DNA from: Patescibacteria group bacterium
Lineage (GTDB): Bacteria > Patescibacteriota > Patescibacteriia > XYB2-FULL-38-15
Length of the DNA: 64,000 nt
NCBI GenBank assembly: GCA_041737355.1
Contig: JBGSRW010000008.1
Coordinates: forward strand, 91,700-155,699
Direction: 5' to 3'
Shown: positions 1 to 9,808 of the stretch, piece by piece
How positions within the stretch are numbered: position 1 is the stretch's first letter
How the letters are laid out: every line of letters begins with the position of its first letter
Position numbers and translations under genes: made by a program
Notes under the pieces: generated by a model
What the model was told of the DNA's origin: nothing
Database searches by the model: none
Seen by the model: only the letters and a program-made list of their open reading frames with translations

Positions 1-738
1 GGTTAGGGGGATATGCGCGTAGCGTGGTACGCCAAAACCCAGCGCTTCAATAACGGCTATTTGTTTCGGAGTATTCGAGATATGGTCTTCACCGCGGATA
101 ACATGACTGATTTTCATCGTATAATCGTCAATAACAACGGCAAAATTATAAAGGGGAGCGTCAAGATTTTTAGCTATGGTAATATCTCCAATTAATTCGG
201 TATTAAATTCAACTTTTCCTTTTATTAAATCCTCAAAAATAATTTTTTTCGCGGGCATTCTGAATCGGATAACCGGTTTTCTCCCTTCGTCATGCATTTT
301 TTTTATTTCATCCGCTTTCAGATTGGCGCAACAACCGGAATAGACGGGCGGCTCCCCTCTTTTCATCATCGACTCCCTTTCTTTTTCCAGTTCTTCTTCA
401 GTGCAGAAACAATAGTAGGCCTTATCTTCATCCAATAATTGCTGCAGATATTTTTTGTAAGTCTCTAGGCGTTCGCTTTGCCGATAAGGTCCATATTTTC
501 CGCCAACGTCCGGCCCCTCATCATAATCTATTCCGAGCCAATGAAGGCTCTCAATAATCTCTTTGGTAAATTTTTCATCGGATCTTTCAAGGTCAGTATC
601 CTCAATGCGTAAAATAAAATTGCCACCTTGGTTTTTGGCGAATAAGTAGTTGAATAGGGCGGTTCTTGCCGTACCGATATGCAAATATCCGGTTGGCGAA
701 GGCGCAATACGCACCCTGATTTCTTCCTTTTTAGACAT
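1..738 (-). CDS. gltX: Glutamyl-tRNA synthetase, N-terminal part (gene runs off left window edge)
   Basis: Reverse-strand ATG at 736-738; translation MSKKEEIRVRIAPSPTGYLHIGTARTALFNY... carries the class I HIGH motif (HIGT) typical of GluRS. No stop within the window, so it is not in the ORF track. Confidence 0.85.
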   Translation of the reverse strand, partial: MSKKEEIRVRIAPSPTGYLHIGTARTALFNYLFAKNQGGNFILRIEDTDLERSDEKFTKEIIESLHWLGIDYDEGPDVGGKYGPYRQSERLETYKKYLQQLLDEDKAYYCFCTEEELEKERESMMKRGEPPVYSGCCANLKADEIKKMHDEGRKPVIRFRMPAKKIIFEDLIKGKVEFNTELIGDITIAKNLDAPLYNFAVVIDDYTMKISHVIRGEDHISNTPKQIAVIEALGFGVPRYAHIPLT

Positions 739-1465
739 ATTTTTTACCTTTTACAATTATTAGCCAGCTAAATTTTATTGTGGCAGTCAGGATTCTTTTC
801 CATCGCCATGGTTGCATAAATAATCTCCAGAGCCACTCTAATCCTACTTTTTGTATCCAGCGCGGGGCGCGCCTTATTTTTCCGGCGATAAAGTCAAATG
901 CTCCCCCGACGCCCATCGCAATTATAACTGATGGCATTTTATCAAGATTTCCGGCAATAAATTTTTCCTGCCGTCTCGCACCGAGAGCGGCAAATAGAAT
1001 TTCCGGTTTTAGAATATTTATTTTTTCAATTAATCTTTCCGGGTCTTCCTCTTGCCCCAAAATATCTCCGTCGATTTTTAGCTGCGGAAATTTTTTAGCT
1101 AACGCTTCGGCTGTTTCTTCCGGCTTGGCTAAACCATTTTTTCCCGCCAGTAAAAACACTGAGTAATTTTTTTGTTCAGCCATTCGGCAGATGTCCAACA
1201 TCAAATCAACGCCCGGAATTCTTTCCGGGATAGGGCGCCGCAAGTAACGGGAAGCAAGTATCAAGCCAAAGCCGTCGGGTACGGAAAGGTCGGCCTTGTT
1301 CAAAATTTCTAAAAATTTCTTGTCTTTCCGTGTGGCCACAACCATTTCCGGATTTGGCGTTGCTATGTAATGCTGTTTAATGTCAGAAAGAAATTGATTT
1401 ATTTGTTCCAGGACTTTCTCCTTAATCAGATTATCTATTTTGACTCCGAGAATGTTAACTTTCAT
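731..1465 (-). CDS. WecB/TagA/CpsF-family glycosyltransferase
   Basis: 244 aa; C-terminal GLEWLWRL...PWRWKR is characteristic of the TagA/WecG family. Overlaps the gltX start by 8 nt. Confidence 0.8.
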   Translation of the reverse strand: MKVNILGVKIDNLIKEKVLEQINQFLSDIKQHYIATPNPEMVVATRKDKKFLEILNKADLSVPDGFGLILASRYLRRPIPERIPGVDLMLDICRMAEQKNYSVFLLAGKNGLAKPEETAEALAKKFPQLKIDGDILGQEEDPERLIEKINILKPEILFAALGARRQEKFIAGNLDKMPSVIIAMGVGGAFDFIAGKIRRAPRWIQKVGLEWLWRLFMQPWRWKRILTATIKFSWLIIVKGKKYV

Positions 1466-2010
1466 TTCAGTGGAAAGGATTTAATTGTTGAATAGACCGG
1501 ACCATCTGAAGCCAGTTTGCTTTCCATAAGTTCAATACTTTTTACTTCAAAAATTTGAGGGAGAAACTCCACGCCATCGGTTTTACACCTTGATCCGTCT
1601 TTTATCCTGCCCAAGGTCAAATGCGCCTTCCATGGCTTGGCATCAACCGGGAAATTAAGGTTTTGAAGCATGACCTCCAATTCACCAATTATGATTCTGA
1701 TTGCTTCAGAATCAATAATCTCAATAAATACGATTTTTGGTTCGCGTTCATTGGGGAAACAGCCGAACCTGCCGGTTTTCATTTCAAAAGCCGCTATTCT
1801 TTCGGTAATTTTATTAATCCCCTCTTCCGCTTGGGCAATTTGCTCTGTAGTCAGGTCTCCAAAAAAATGAAGAGTCAGATGTAGATTTTCTAGTGAGGTC
1901 CATTTGATTCCGTAATCCGAATTAAGTTTTTTCAATTCAGCAACAACTGCGGCAAGCTTTTCTTTCAAATCCGAAGGCAAATTAATAGCGATAAAGGTTC
2001 GTTTGGTCAC
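1462..2010 (-). CDS. thpR: RNA 2',3'-cyclic phosphodiesterase (2'-5' RNA ligase family, LigT/ThpR)
   Basis: 182 aa with two H-x-T-x motifs (HLTLHF, HLTLGR). A TTGCTT-17-TACAAT promoter lies upstream on the minus strand. Confidence 0.75.
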   Translation of the reverse strand: MTKRTFIAINLPSDLKEKLAAVVAELKKLNSDYGIKWTSLENLHLTLHFFGDLTTEQIAQAEEGINKITERIAAFEMKTGRFGCFPNEREPKIVFIEIIDSEAIRIIIGELEVMLQNLNFPVDAKPWKAHLTLGRIKDGSRCKTDGVEFLPQIFEVKSIELMESKLASDGPVYSTIKSFPLK

Positions 2011-2075
2011 ATTAAATCTTTTATGTTTAGTTTAAAATTGTATCATTTTTTGGAATTTTAAGCAACTTTTACTCA

Positions 2076-2104
2076 TTGACAAAAAAAGAGAGGTTTGGTA
2101 GTTT
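2076..2104 (+). promoter_or_regulatory. Sigma70-like promoter of GC-rich cassette A (TTGACA, 16-17 nt spacer, TAGTTT)
   Basis: TTGACA at 2076-2081 and a -10-like hexamer about 17 nt downstream, ahead of a strong SD and ATG 2127. Confidence 0.35.
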
Positions 2105-2126
2105 TAAGGCAGAAAAGGAGGGTGAA

Positions 2127-2357
2127 ATGTCTGACTCCGATCGTCCAACGAGTGAGATGCCAGTTGTCCCGTCATTCCACGTCTGCAAGCCTGATGACGC
2201 GGGCTACTGCGGCGATGCCGGATTAATTTGCGGTAAATGCGGGCACAAAGGGATGGAAACTGACGACGCGGCTCACGAGGGCGACAAGAAAAGGTGCCCA
2301 AGATGCGGTTATGCCACCATCGTCGAATCCGAGACACAGCCGGGTTCGAAAGTATAG
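2127..2357 (+). CDS. Small Cys-rich protein, putative zinc ribbon (GC-rich cassette A)
   Basis: AAGGAGGG SD 6 nt before ATG 2127. The ORF track instead uses an upstream TTG at 2076. CGKCGH and CPRCGY Cys pairs. Coding region visibly G+C-rich compared with neighbours. Confidence 0.5.
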   Translation: MSDSDRPTSEMPVVPSFHVCKPDDAGYCGDAGLICGKCGHKGMETDDAAHEGDKKRCPRCGYATIVESETQPGSKV

Positions 2358-2380
2358 TCTTCTAGGGAAAGGCTAATCTG

Positions 2381-2413
2381 CCGACGCAAAAGGAGAAAGC
2401 GTCGGTTTTTTTA
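2381..2413 (+). terminator. Rho-independent terminator of cassette A
   Basis: Hairpin ccgacgc / gcgtcgg followed by a run of T. Confidence 0.6.
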
Positions 2414-2426
2414 TTATTTTATTTTT

Positions 2427-2435
2427 TGCTATAAT
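2427..2435 (+). promoter_or_regulatory. Extended -10 (TGcTATAAT) for the radical SAM gene, near-leaderless
   Basis: TGCTATAAT ends 6 nt before ATG 2442. No SD. Confidence 0.4.
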
Positions 2436-2441
2436 ATAATT

Positions 2442-3467
2442 ATGAAAGAAGCTTTATTTTACAAGAAAATAAAGGGAAAACGAGTACAATGCCAGGCCTG
2501 CAATCATTATTGCCAAATTGCTCCCGCCAGCCGGGGAATTTGCGGCGTCAGGGAAAATCAAGACGGCAAGCTCTATTCTTTAGTCTACGGAAAAATTATT
2601 GCCAAAAACATTGATCCTATCGAAAAAAAACCGCTGTTCCATTTTTTACCAGGAACAAAAAGCTTATCTATTTCCACAGTTGGTTGTAACTTCCGCTGTT
2701 CTTATTGCCAAAACGCCGACATTGCTCAAATGCCCAAAGAAAATGCTCTCTTTGGCGCGGAAAAAGTTCCCGGAGTTGATTTGTCCCCCGAAGATATCGT
2801 GGAAACCGCGGCTAATGTTAAGTTGCCCAGTATTTCTTACACCTATACCGAGCCGACGGTTTTTGTGGAATTCGCCCTAGACACGATGAAGCTTGCTGAA
2901 AAGAAAAAAATAAAAAATGTTTGGGTCACAAACGGGTATACCAGTAAAGAGGCGTTAAAGGAGATTATCCCCCATCTCGACGCTGCGAATATTGATATCA
3001 AGGGTTTTACCGAAGATTTTTACAATAAAGTTTGTGGCGCGAAATTAAAACCGGTTTTAGAAACTGCGAAGGCAATGAAGCGTGATGGCGTTTGGGTGGA
3101 AGTTACAACGCTTATCGTGCCGGGGCAAAACGATACAGAAGAACACTTCAAGGGAATTGCCGATTTTGTTGCTAAGGAATTGGGAAAAGAAACGCCCTGG
3201 CATCTTTCCAAATTTTTTCCGACTTATAAATTCCGCGATCTGCCGCCCACTCCCCCGTCGTCATTGCTCAGGGCCTATGAATTTGGCGAAAAAGCTGGTT
3301 TAAAATACGTTTATCTCGGTAATCTGCCGTTGCCAGAATATGAAACGACCTTTTGCCGGAAATGCGGAAATAAAATGATTGAACGGGCCGGGTACGAGAT
3401 TGTTCGCCACGATAAAGAAGGCAGATGCACCAAGTGCAAAGAAAATTTAGATTTAATATTAAAATAA
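2442..3467 (+). CDS. AmmeMemoRadiSam-system radical SAM enzyme (AmrS-like)
   Basis: CNFRCSYCQN CxxxCxxC cluster, N-terminal Cys pair and C-terminal CRKCG...CTKC zinc ribbon. Family architecture matches AmrS / PFL-activase-like enzymes. Confidence 0.75.
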   Translation: MKEALFYKKIKGKRVQCQACNHYCQIAPASRGICGVRENQDGKLYSLVYGKIIAKNIDPIEKKPLFHFLPGTKSLSISTVGCNFRCSYCQNADIAQMPKENALFGAEKVPGVDLSPEDIVETAANVKLPSISYTYTEPTVFVEFALDTMKLAEKKKIKNVWVTNGYTSKEALKEIIPHLDAANIDIKGFTEDFYNKVCGAKLKPVLETAKAMKRDGVWVEVTTLIVPGQNDTEEHFKGIADFVAKELGKETPWHLSKFFPTYKFRDLPPTPPSSLLRAYEFGEKAGLKYVYLGNLPLPEYETTFCRKCGNKMIERAGYEIVRHDKEGRCTKCKENLDLILK

Positions 3468-3472
3468 AAATT

Positions 3473-3751
3473 ATGGGTGAAGTTTCAAAAGAATTAATGA
3501 GAAAAAAGGAGGAAGAAGTTGAAGGGTTGAAAAATCTTTTCAAAAAGCTTTTTGGAGAATATTTCGAAAAGCATAATGAGTATCCCCCGCTTTACAGCGG
3601 AAATATAGTTGAGGATGCAAGAAGAGTAAATCAATTTGTTGGGTCGAGACCTGAAATTCTTCGCAGTATTCAAAGCCTTCCGGCGGTTCAAAATATGGTA
3701 GTCGAGGTTGCTCTTGACGTGTTGAAAGATTTGATGGATAAGGTAAAATAA
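3473..3751 (+). CDS. Hypothetical protein (92 aa)
   Basis: ATG directly after the upstream stop. Charged and helical, no recognisable motif. Confidence 0.35.
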   Translation: MGEVSKELMRKKEEEVEGLKNLFKKLFGEYFEKHNEYPPLYSGNIVEDARRVNQFVGSRPEILRSIQSLPAVQNMVVEVALDVLKDLMDKVK

Positions 3752-3873
3752 TATTCAAGAAGAAAATGCCGGCCCGTGCTAAATAGCGCGGGCTTTTGCT
3801 ATTGACACATTTTTCCGTTGCGCTAAAATATAATTAGCACTCTAAACTTAAGACTGCTAATTTATAAAATACT

Positions 3874-6501
3874 ATGCTTCCGCAAAATTTTACCACCAAA
3901 TCGCAAGAAGCTTTACAAGCTGCTCAGGGATTGGTTTTTGAATACAATCATCAATATTTGGATCCTCTGCACTTGCTTACGGCGCTCTTGGACCAACAGG
4001 GAGGAATAGTCGCTTCCCTTCTCCAAAAATTGGGCGCTAATGCTCTAGATATAAAACAACGGGCTATGCTGGAATTGCAGAAATTGCCAAAACAGACCGG
4101 CCGGCGTCCGGGCGGAGCGGCCCAGATGAACGTTGGCCAAGAAATGGTCCAGGTTTTTTATACCGTGGAAAAAGAAGCCAAGAAAATGAAAGATGATTAT
4201 ATCAGCACCGAGCATTTATTTTTGGGTCTTCTTTCTGTAAAAAGCCGGGCAGGAGACATTTTGGCGGAGGCGGGTTTGAATTATGATCAGGTTTTAAAAG
4301 TTTTGGCCGAAGTCCGCGGTACGCAAAAAGTTGATTCTCCCGAACCGGAAGCCAAATATCAGGTTTTGGAAAAATATACGGTCAATCTGACAGAGCTTGC
4401 CCGAGGGAAAAAACTGGATCCGGTCATTGGCCGCGACGAGGAAATTCGCAGGGTCATGCAAGTTCTTTCCCGCCGGACAAAAAATAATCCGGTGTTGATT
4501 GGCGAGGCCGGCACCGGAAAAACAGCGATCGTTGAAGGTTTGGCGCAAAGAATTGTGGCTGGCGATATACCTGAGAGCTTGAAGGACAAGGAATTAATTT
4601 CTCTTGATCTAGGATCACTGCTTGCCGGAACAAAATTCCGCGGCGAGTTTGAAGATCGCCTGAAAGCTGTTATTAAAGAAGTCAAACAAGCCAGCGGAAA
4701 AATAATTTTATTTATTGACGAACTGCACACTATTGTCGGTGCCGGCGCAATCGAGGGGGCTATGGATGCTTCCAATATGCTGAAACCTGCTTTAGCCCGC
4801 GGTGAACTCCACACCATCGGCGCGACAACCACCAAGGAATATCATAAATATGTGGAAAAAGACGCAGCCTTGGAACGGCGCTTCCAGCCGGTTTTTGTCG
4901 GCGAGCCATCGGTTGAAGATACTATTGCTATCCTGCGCGGCATCAAGGAAAAATACGAAGTGCATCACGGCGTAAAAATTACTGATGCGGCAATTATCGC
5001 AGCAGCGACTCTTTCCCATCGCTATATCTCTGATCGGTTTTTGCCGGATAAAGCGGTTGACTTGATCGACGAAGCCACTTCCGCTCTCAGAATGGAGATT
5101 GACAGTATGCCTACCGAACTCGACCAACTGAAAAGAAAAATGATGAAATTCGAGATTGAACGGCAAGCTCTGCTTAAAGAAAAAGACACGGGGGCCAAGG
5201 ACGAACTAAAAAAAGTAAACAAGGAATTAGCCGAGCTTCAGGAAAAATCCAAAGAGCTGGAAATCGGCTGGCGCTATGAAAAAGATTTAATCAGCCAGAT
5301 CCGCAAGGCGCAAAAACAAATTGATTATTCAAAGCAGCAGGCCGATATTGCCGAACGCAAAGGCGAACTGGAAAAAGTCGCGGAAATCCGTTACGGAAAA
5401 GTTCCTGAATTGGAAAAAGAAATTAGGACACTTGAGAAAAAATTAAAGAAAACCCCCGACGAAAAAAGAATTCTTCGGGAAGAAGTTACCGACGAAGATA
5501 TTGCCCGGGTTGTCTCGCGCTGGACTGGAATTCCGGTGACAAAAATGCTCCAGGGCGAAATTGAAAAATTGGCTCATGCTGAGGAAGAACTCGAGAAAAG
5601 AGTCATCGGACAAAAAGACGCAATCAAAACCATTGCCAACGCCCTCCGCCGTTCACGGGCCGGGATATCTGAAGAAAAGAAACCGATCGGTTCCTTCATT
5701 TTTGTCGGTCCGACCGGGGTCGGTAAAACCGAATTGTCTAAAGCCTTGGCCGAATTTATGTTTAACGACGAAAACGCGCTTGTCCGGGTTGATATGTCGG
5801 AATATATGGAAAAGCACTCCGTAGCGCGGCTTGTCGGTTCCCCTCCCGGCTATGTCGGCCATGAAGAAGGCGGACAATTGACCGAGGCAATCCGTCGACG
5901 GCCGTATTCGGTTGTTCTTTTTGATGAAATCGAGAAAGCCCATCCGGAAGTCTTTAATATCTTACTTCAAATTTTAGATGACGGACGCTTAACCGATGGC
6001 CGCGGTCGGACCGTGAATTTTAAAAACTCTATTATTATTATGACCTCGAATCTCGGCAACCAGGTTATCCGTGATTTTTCCATTGGTTTCCGGGACGGCG
6101 AAAATAAAGAAGCAAGCCGCGACAATGAAATGCGTGACAAGATTATGGAAATTCTTCGTGAAACCTTCAAGCTTGAATTTTTGAACCGTATTGACGAAAC
6201 TGTAATCTTCAAAAGTTTGGGCAAAGCGGAAATCGGAAAAATTATAGAATTGCAATTGGCCGAAGTTCAGAAACGGCTTGATACCAAAAAGATAAAATTG
6301 GAAATTGCCGAGCCGGTTAAAAAAATGCTCGCGGAAAAAGGTTTTGATCCGATTTTCGGCGCCCGACCGCTAAAGCGCGTAATTCAGAATATGATTTTGG
6401 ATGAATTAGCCCTGCGAATCATTGAAGGAAAAGTTAAAGACGGTGATAAAGTCGTGATCGGACTGGATAAAGATAAAAAAATCACTTTCGAGATTAAGTA
6501 G
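3874..6501 (+). CDS. clpB: ATP-dependent chaperone ClpB
   Basis: 875 aa. Two AAA+ modules (GEAGTGKT and GPTGVGKT Walker A) and a long coiled-coil middle domain. ClpB N-domain present. Confidence 0.95.
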   Translation: MLPQNFTTKSQEALQAAQGLVFEYNHQYLDPLHLLTALLDQQGGIVASLLQKLGANALDIKQRAMLELQKLPKQTGRRPGGAAQMNVGQEMVQVFYTVEKEAKKMKDDYISTEHLFLGLLSVKSRAGDILAEAGLNYDQVLKVLAEVRGTQKVDSPEPEAKYQVLEKYTVNLTELARGKKLDPVIGRDEEIRRVMQVLSRRTKNNPVLIGEAGTGKTAIVEGLAQRIVAGDIPESLKDKELISLDLGSLLAGTKFRGEFEDRLKAVIKEVKQASGKIILFIDELHTIVGAGAIEGAMDASNMLKPALARGELHTIGATTTKEYHKYVEKDAALERRFQPVFVGEPSVEDTIAILRGIKEKYEVHHGVKITDAAIIAAATLSHRYISDRFLPDKAVDLIDEATSALRMEIDSMPTELDQLKRKMMKFEIERQALLKEKDTGAKDELKKVNKELAELQEKSKELEIGWRYEKDLISQIRKAQKQIDYSKQQADIAERKGELEKVAEIRYGKVPELEKEIRTLEKKLKKTPDEKRILREEVTDEDIARVVSRWTGIPVTKMLQGEIEKLAHAEEELEKRVIGQKDAIKTIANALRRSRAGISEEKKPIGSFIFVGPTGVGKTELSKALAEFMFNDENALVRVDMSEYMEKHSVARLVGSPPGYVGHEEGGQLTEAIRRRPYSVVLFDEIEKAHPEVFNILLQILDDGRLTDGRGRTVNFKNSIIIMTSNLGNQVIRDFSIGFRDGENKEASRDNEMRDKIMEILRETFKLEFLNRIDETVIFKSLGKAEIGKIIELQLAEVQKRLDTKKIKLEIAEPVKKMLAEKGFDPIFGARPLKRVIQNMILDELALRIIEGKVKDGDKVVIGLDKDKKITFEIK

Positions 6502-6505
6502 AATA

Positions 6506-6537
6506 AAAACCACGGCCGAGCAATCCGTGGTTTTGTG
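6506..6537 (+). terminator. Rho-independent terminator of clpB
   Basis: ccacgg...ccgtgg hairpin followed by ttttgtg. Confidence 0.6.
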
Positions 6538-6541
6538 ATAT

Positions 6542-6577
6542 AAAAAAAGGCCGACCCAGGCGAGGTTTTGAGGCCTC
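6542..6577 (-). terminator. Terminator of cassette B (minus strand)
   Basis: aggcc...ggcct hairpin preceded on the plus strand by an A7 run. Confidence 0.5.
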
Positions 6578-6598
6578 ATCATGAGTCGGATCGCGGAA

Positions 6599-6997
6599 TT
6601 ATTTGCGCCGCCTCGGTCGTATGCGGGGCGCATTACGAGCCGTCAATTTTTTGAGAGCAGCTCTTTCTGCTTGACGGCACCTCTTCTCAAACAATCGTTT
6701 GAAGTCATCATCATTGTAGTTTTCATGCCAACTGCCGTCGTCATCGCGATAGCGATAGAAGCTCCTAGCGAAAGCAGGCGAGATTGAATTTCTTTGGCAG
6801 GGTGAATCGAGCCCGAATTGGTAAATGAGGACGCAGGTACCATCTTCACCAAAACGAAAATTGTACTCCTCCGCCTCGCGAGCCGCCTTAACAGCAAATA
6901 CGATGTCCTTAGTCACGAGAAAGGGTGTTGTAAAATTTCTGTCGGGGGCTTCTTCGAAGCCCTTCACTTTGTGGCACGCGATTACTACGTAATACAT
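6599..6997 (-). CDS. Hypothetical protein with basic C-terminal tail (GC-rich cassette B)
   Basis: GAGGAGG SD before the ATG at 6997. A TTGACA -35 (plus 7041-7046) lies upstream. 132 aa, MYYVVIACHKVKG..., no family recognised. Confidence 0.45.
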   Translation of the reverse strand: MYYVVIACHKVKGFEEAPDRNFTTPFLVTKDIVFAVKAAREAEEYNFRFGEDGTCVLIYQFGLDSPCQRNSISPAFARSFYRYRDDDGSWHENYNDDDFKRLFEKRCRQAERAALKKLTARNAPRIRPRRRK

Positions 6998-7056
6998 CTT
7001 TTTCCTCCTCTGGGCATACCTTAGATTTTTAGACGTTTGCTGTCAAGGGTAAAATT

Positions 7057-7065
7057 TGCTATAAT
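7057..7065 (+). promoter_or_regulatory. Extended -10 TGcTATAAT for the secreted repeat protein gene
   Basis: 13 nt upstream of ATG 7079. Same architecture as other native genes. Confidence 0.4.
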
Positions 7066-7078
7066 ATTTATAGAAATT

Positions 7079-8482
7079 ATGAAGCTAAAACTACCAAAAC
7101 TTATGCGTATTTTGGCTATATTTGTATTAAGCCAGCTAATGCTAGTTAATCTTGCTTTTGCCGAATTTAATCCTGATTATATTATTTCCGACCAAGAATT
7201 GACAGACCATAACTCAATGTCCTTATCTCAAGTCCAAAGCTTTCTTGAAAGTAAGGGCAGCCCTCTCGCCTCGTACGCGACGATCGATACCGACGGCCTT
7301 GGCCGGACAGCTTCTGAAATTATCTGGCGAGTGGCTCAGGCTTACGAAATCAGCCCGAAAGTTTTACTTGTTACCTTGCAAAAAGAACAAAGTTTAATTA
7401 CTGATACCACTCCGGCGCAAAAACAGCTTGATTGGGCAACCGGCTACGGCGTTTGTGATGATTGTTCACTTTCCGACCCGAGTATTCAAAAATATAAAGG
7501 TTTTGCCACGCAAGTTGACAATACGGCCGGGTGGAAGCGATGGTATTTGGATAATGTTTATACCCTGAACTGGGTTAAGCAGCCGGGTAGAACCTATCTA
7601 ATAGATTCTCAAAGCATTACCCCAAACAATCTGGCCACGGCAAGTTTTTATACTTATACGCCGCACTACAACGGCAATTATAATTTCTGGAAAATATGGC
7701 AGGACTGGTTCGGCAAATTTTTTCCCGACGGCACGGTCTTAAAAGAGCAGGACGGCGAAAATATTTGGCTTATCCAGCGGGGTCTGAAGCGGCAATTTTC
7801 GACCTACTCGTCTTTTGTTTCCCGTTATTCCCCGGAAAAACTTATTAGTGTTTCAAAAAGTGAGCTTGAAAACTATGAGACTGGTACGCCAATTAAATTT
7901 CCGGAGTACTCCCTTCTCCGCTCTCCGGCCGGCACGGTTTACATGATCGTCGGCGACACACGGCGCGGTTTTACCTCAAAGGATGTCTTTAAGACTATTG
8001 GCATTAACCCGGAAGAAATTATTGACATAACCCAGGAAGAAATTGACGCATACATTGAGAGTGACCCGATTACCATGCAAAGTACTTATCCCATGGGAGC
8101 CCTCCTGCAGGATAAAAGAAGCGGCGGAGTTTATTTTGTGGAAAACGGAGTAAAAAAACCGATTTGGGCGAAAGATTTTTTGACTCTTTACTTCAAGAAT
8201 AAAAAAATTACCACGGTCTCCCTCGAGGAACTCAATAAATATGTGACTGGCGAACCGGTTAAATTTAAAGATGGAGAGTTGGTTGTTTCTTCAAGCTCCC
8301 CCACGGTTTACATTATCTCGAATGGAGAGAAGAGGCCGATACCCAGCGAAGAAGTTTTTAACGGTTTGGGCTATCGTTGGACAAATATAGTCAAAACAAC
8401 GGATAAAATTCTATCGCTACATCCGCTTGGCACCCCGGTTTATTTGGGCGGCGCGGTAGAGGCAGCCACTATTAACAAATAA
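7079..8482 (+). CDS. Secreted protein with C-terminal tandem repeats of about 55 aa
   Basis: Signal-peptide/TM segment MKLKLPKLMRILAIFVLSQLMLVNLAFA. Three repeats of the type G(T/G)VY(M/F/I)...G(V/E)(K/R)(K/R)(P/G)I...(V/F). Confidence 0.55.
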   Translation: MKLKLPKLMRILAIFVLSQLMLVNLAFAEFNPDYIISDQELTDHNSMSLSQVQSFLESKGSPLASYATIDTDGLGRTASEIIWRVAQAYEISPKVLLVTLQKEQSLITDTTPAQKQLDWATGYGVCDDCSLSDPSIQKYKGFATQVDNTAGWKRWYLDNVYTLNWVKQPGRTYLIDSQSITPNNLATASFYTYTPHYNGNYNFWKIWQDWFGKFFPDGTVLKEQDGENIWLIQRGLKRQFSTYSSFVSRYSPEKLISVSKSELENYETGTPIKFPEYSLLRSPAGTVYMIVGDTRRGFTSKDVFKTIGINPEEIIDITQEEIDAYIESDPITMQSTYPMGALLQDKRSGGVYFVENGVKKPIWAKDFLTLYFKNKKITTVSLEELNKYVTGEPVKFKDGELVVSSSSPTVYIISNGEKRPIPSEEVFNGLGYRWTNIVKTTDKILSLHPLGTPVYLGGAVEAATINK

Positions 8483-8497
8483 TCTTTAGCTAATAAT

Positions 8498-9286
8498 ATG
8501 CTCTCTTTCGCGGCATTTACGCCACATCCTCCAATTTTAATTCCGGTTATCGGAAAAGAAAATACGAAAAGAATACAAAAAACATCAGAAGCAATGGAGG
8601 AACTGGAGAAAAAAATATACAACACAAAACCCGATACGGTTATTGTAATTTCTCCGCACGGACCCCTTCTACCCGATGCTTTTTCCATCAATTTGAACCC
8701 AACCTATAAAAGCAATCTTGAAGAGTTCGGAGATTTTGCCACGAAAATGGAATTTAAAACCGATACGGCCCTTGCCTTTAGGATTAAAGAATTAATGGAG
8801 GATAAAAATATTCCTTTAATCATGACGAGCGAAGAATCTCTTGACCACGGCGCAACGGTTCCCCTCTTTTTTTTAGCAAAAAGGCTCGCGGGAATTCCTG
8901 TTCTGCCAATGGGCTATTCCATGCTTGATTTTAAAACGCATTTTAGTTTTGGCGATTTCCTGAAGGAAATAATTCTGAACGAGGAAAAAAAAATCGCCGT
9001 TATTGCCTCGGGCGATCTTTCGCACCGGCTCACAAAGGACGCTCCCGCGGGATTCTCCCCCAGAGGAAAAGAATTTGACGAAAAAATAACCGAACTTTTA
9101 TCCAACAAAAATACGGCCGGCATTTTGGGACTGGACGAAGCTTTTATCGAAGAAGCCGGCGAGTGCGGTCTACGGTCTTTAATTATCCTCCTAGGGCTGC
9201 TTGAGCGGATTAATTACACTCCGGAAATTCTCTCCTACGAGGGGCCGTTTGGTGTCGGATACCTTGTAGCCAATTTTAAATTGTAG
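8498..9286 (+). CDS. AmmeMemoRadiSam system protein B (Memo/LigB-fold)
   Basis: SPHGP, DHG and SGDLSH motifs of the Memo / class III extradiol dioxygenase fold. Immediately upstream of the AMMECR1 gene. Confidence 0.65.
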   Translation: MLSFAAFTPHPPILIPVIGKENTKRIQKTSEAMEELEKKIYNTKPDTVIVISPHGPLLPDAFSINLNPTYKSNLEEFGDFATKMEFKTDTALAFRIKELMEDKNIPLIMTSEESLDHGATVPLFFLAKRLAGIPVLPMGYSMLDFKTHFSFGDFLKEIILNEEKKIAVIASGDLSHRLTKDAPAGFSPRGKEFDEKITELLSNKNTAGILGLDEAFIEEAGECGLRSLIILLGLLERINYTPEILSYEGPFGVGYLVANFKL

Positions 9287-9292
9287 TAAGAA

Positions 9293-9805
9293 ATGAACTC
9301 TTACGTAAAATTAGCCAAGGAGGCCGTTGAATTATATATAAAAACTGGGAAAATACTGCCGGTTCCGATTGATTTGCCGGGAGAAATCCTGCAACGCCGG
9401 GCCGGCGTTTTTGTAAGTATTTATAATGGAGATAACCTGCGCGGCTGTATTGGCACTTATCTTCCTTCCGAAATTAATATTGCTAAAGAAATTATTACTA
9501 ATGCGGTTTCCGCGGCGACTAGGGATTATCGCTTCGATCCGATTACAAAAAAAGAATTAACCGGTCTCTCCTACTCGGTTTACATTCTCGAAGAACCGCG
9601 CCAGATAAAAGACATCAAGGAATTAAATCCAAAAAAATACGGCATTTTGATAAAATCTAAAAAGGGAAAGTCCGGTCTTCTTCTTCCCGATCTTCCCGGA
9701 ATTAATACGATTGAAGGTCAACTCGGCGCTGTTTGTCAAAAATGCGGCGTCAACCCGGAGAGAGAATATATTTCCATTTGGAAATTTGAAGCTAAAAAAT
9801 ATTAG
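9293..9805 (+). CDS. AmmeMemoRadiSam system protein A (AMMECR1 domain)
   Basis: RAGVFVSIY...LRGCIGTY matches the AMMECR1 CxG signature. Confidence 0.75.
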   Translation: MNSYVKLAKEAVELYIKTGKILPVPIDLPGEILQRRAGVFVSIYNGDNLRGCIGTYLPSEINIAKEIITNAVSAATRDYRFDPITKKELTGLSYSVYILEEPRQIKDIKELNPKKYGILIKSKKGKSGLLLPDLPGINTIEGQLGAVCQKCGVNPEREYISIWKFEAKKY

Positions 9806-9808
9806 GTT

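Noticed and set aside
13-195. 60-aa plus-strand ORF at the left edge
   Set aside because: It lies antisense inside the clearly conserved gltX coding region on the minus strand and has no start context.
2076-2126. TTG-initiated N-terminal extension of cassette A ORF (ORF-track start 2076)
   Set aside because: The TTG is the -35 hexamer itself. A strong SD (AAGGAGGG) sits 6 nt before the in-frame ATG at 2127, which is therefore the real start.
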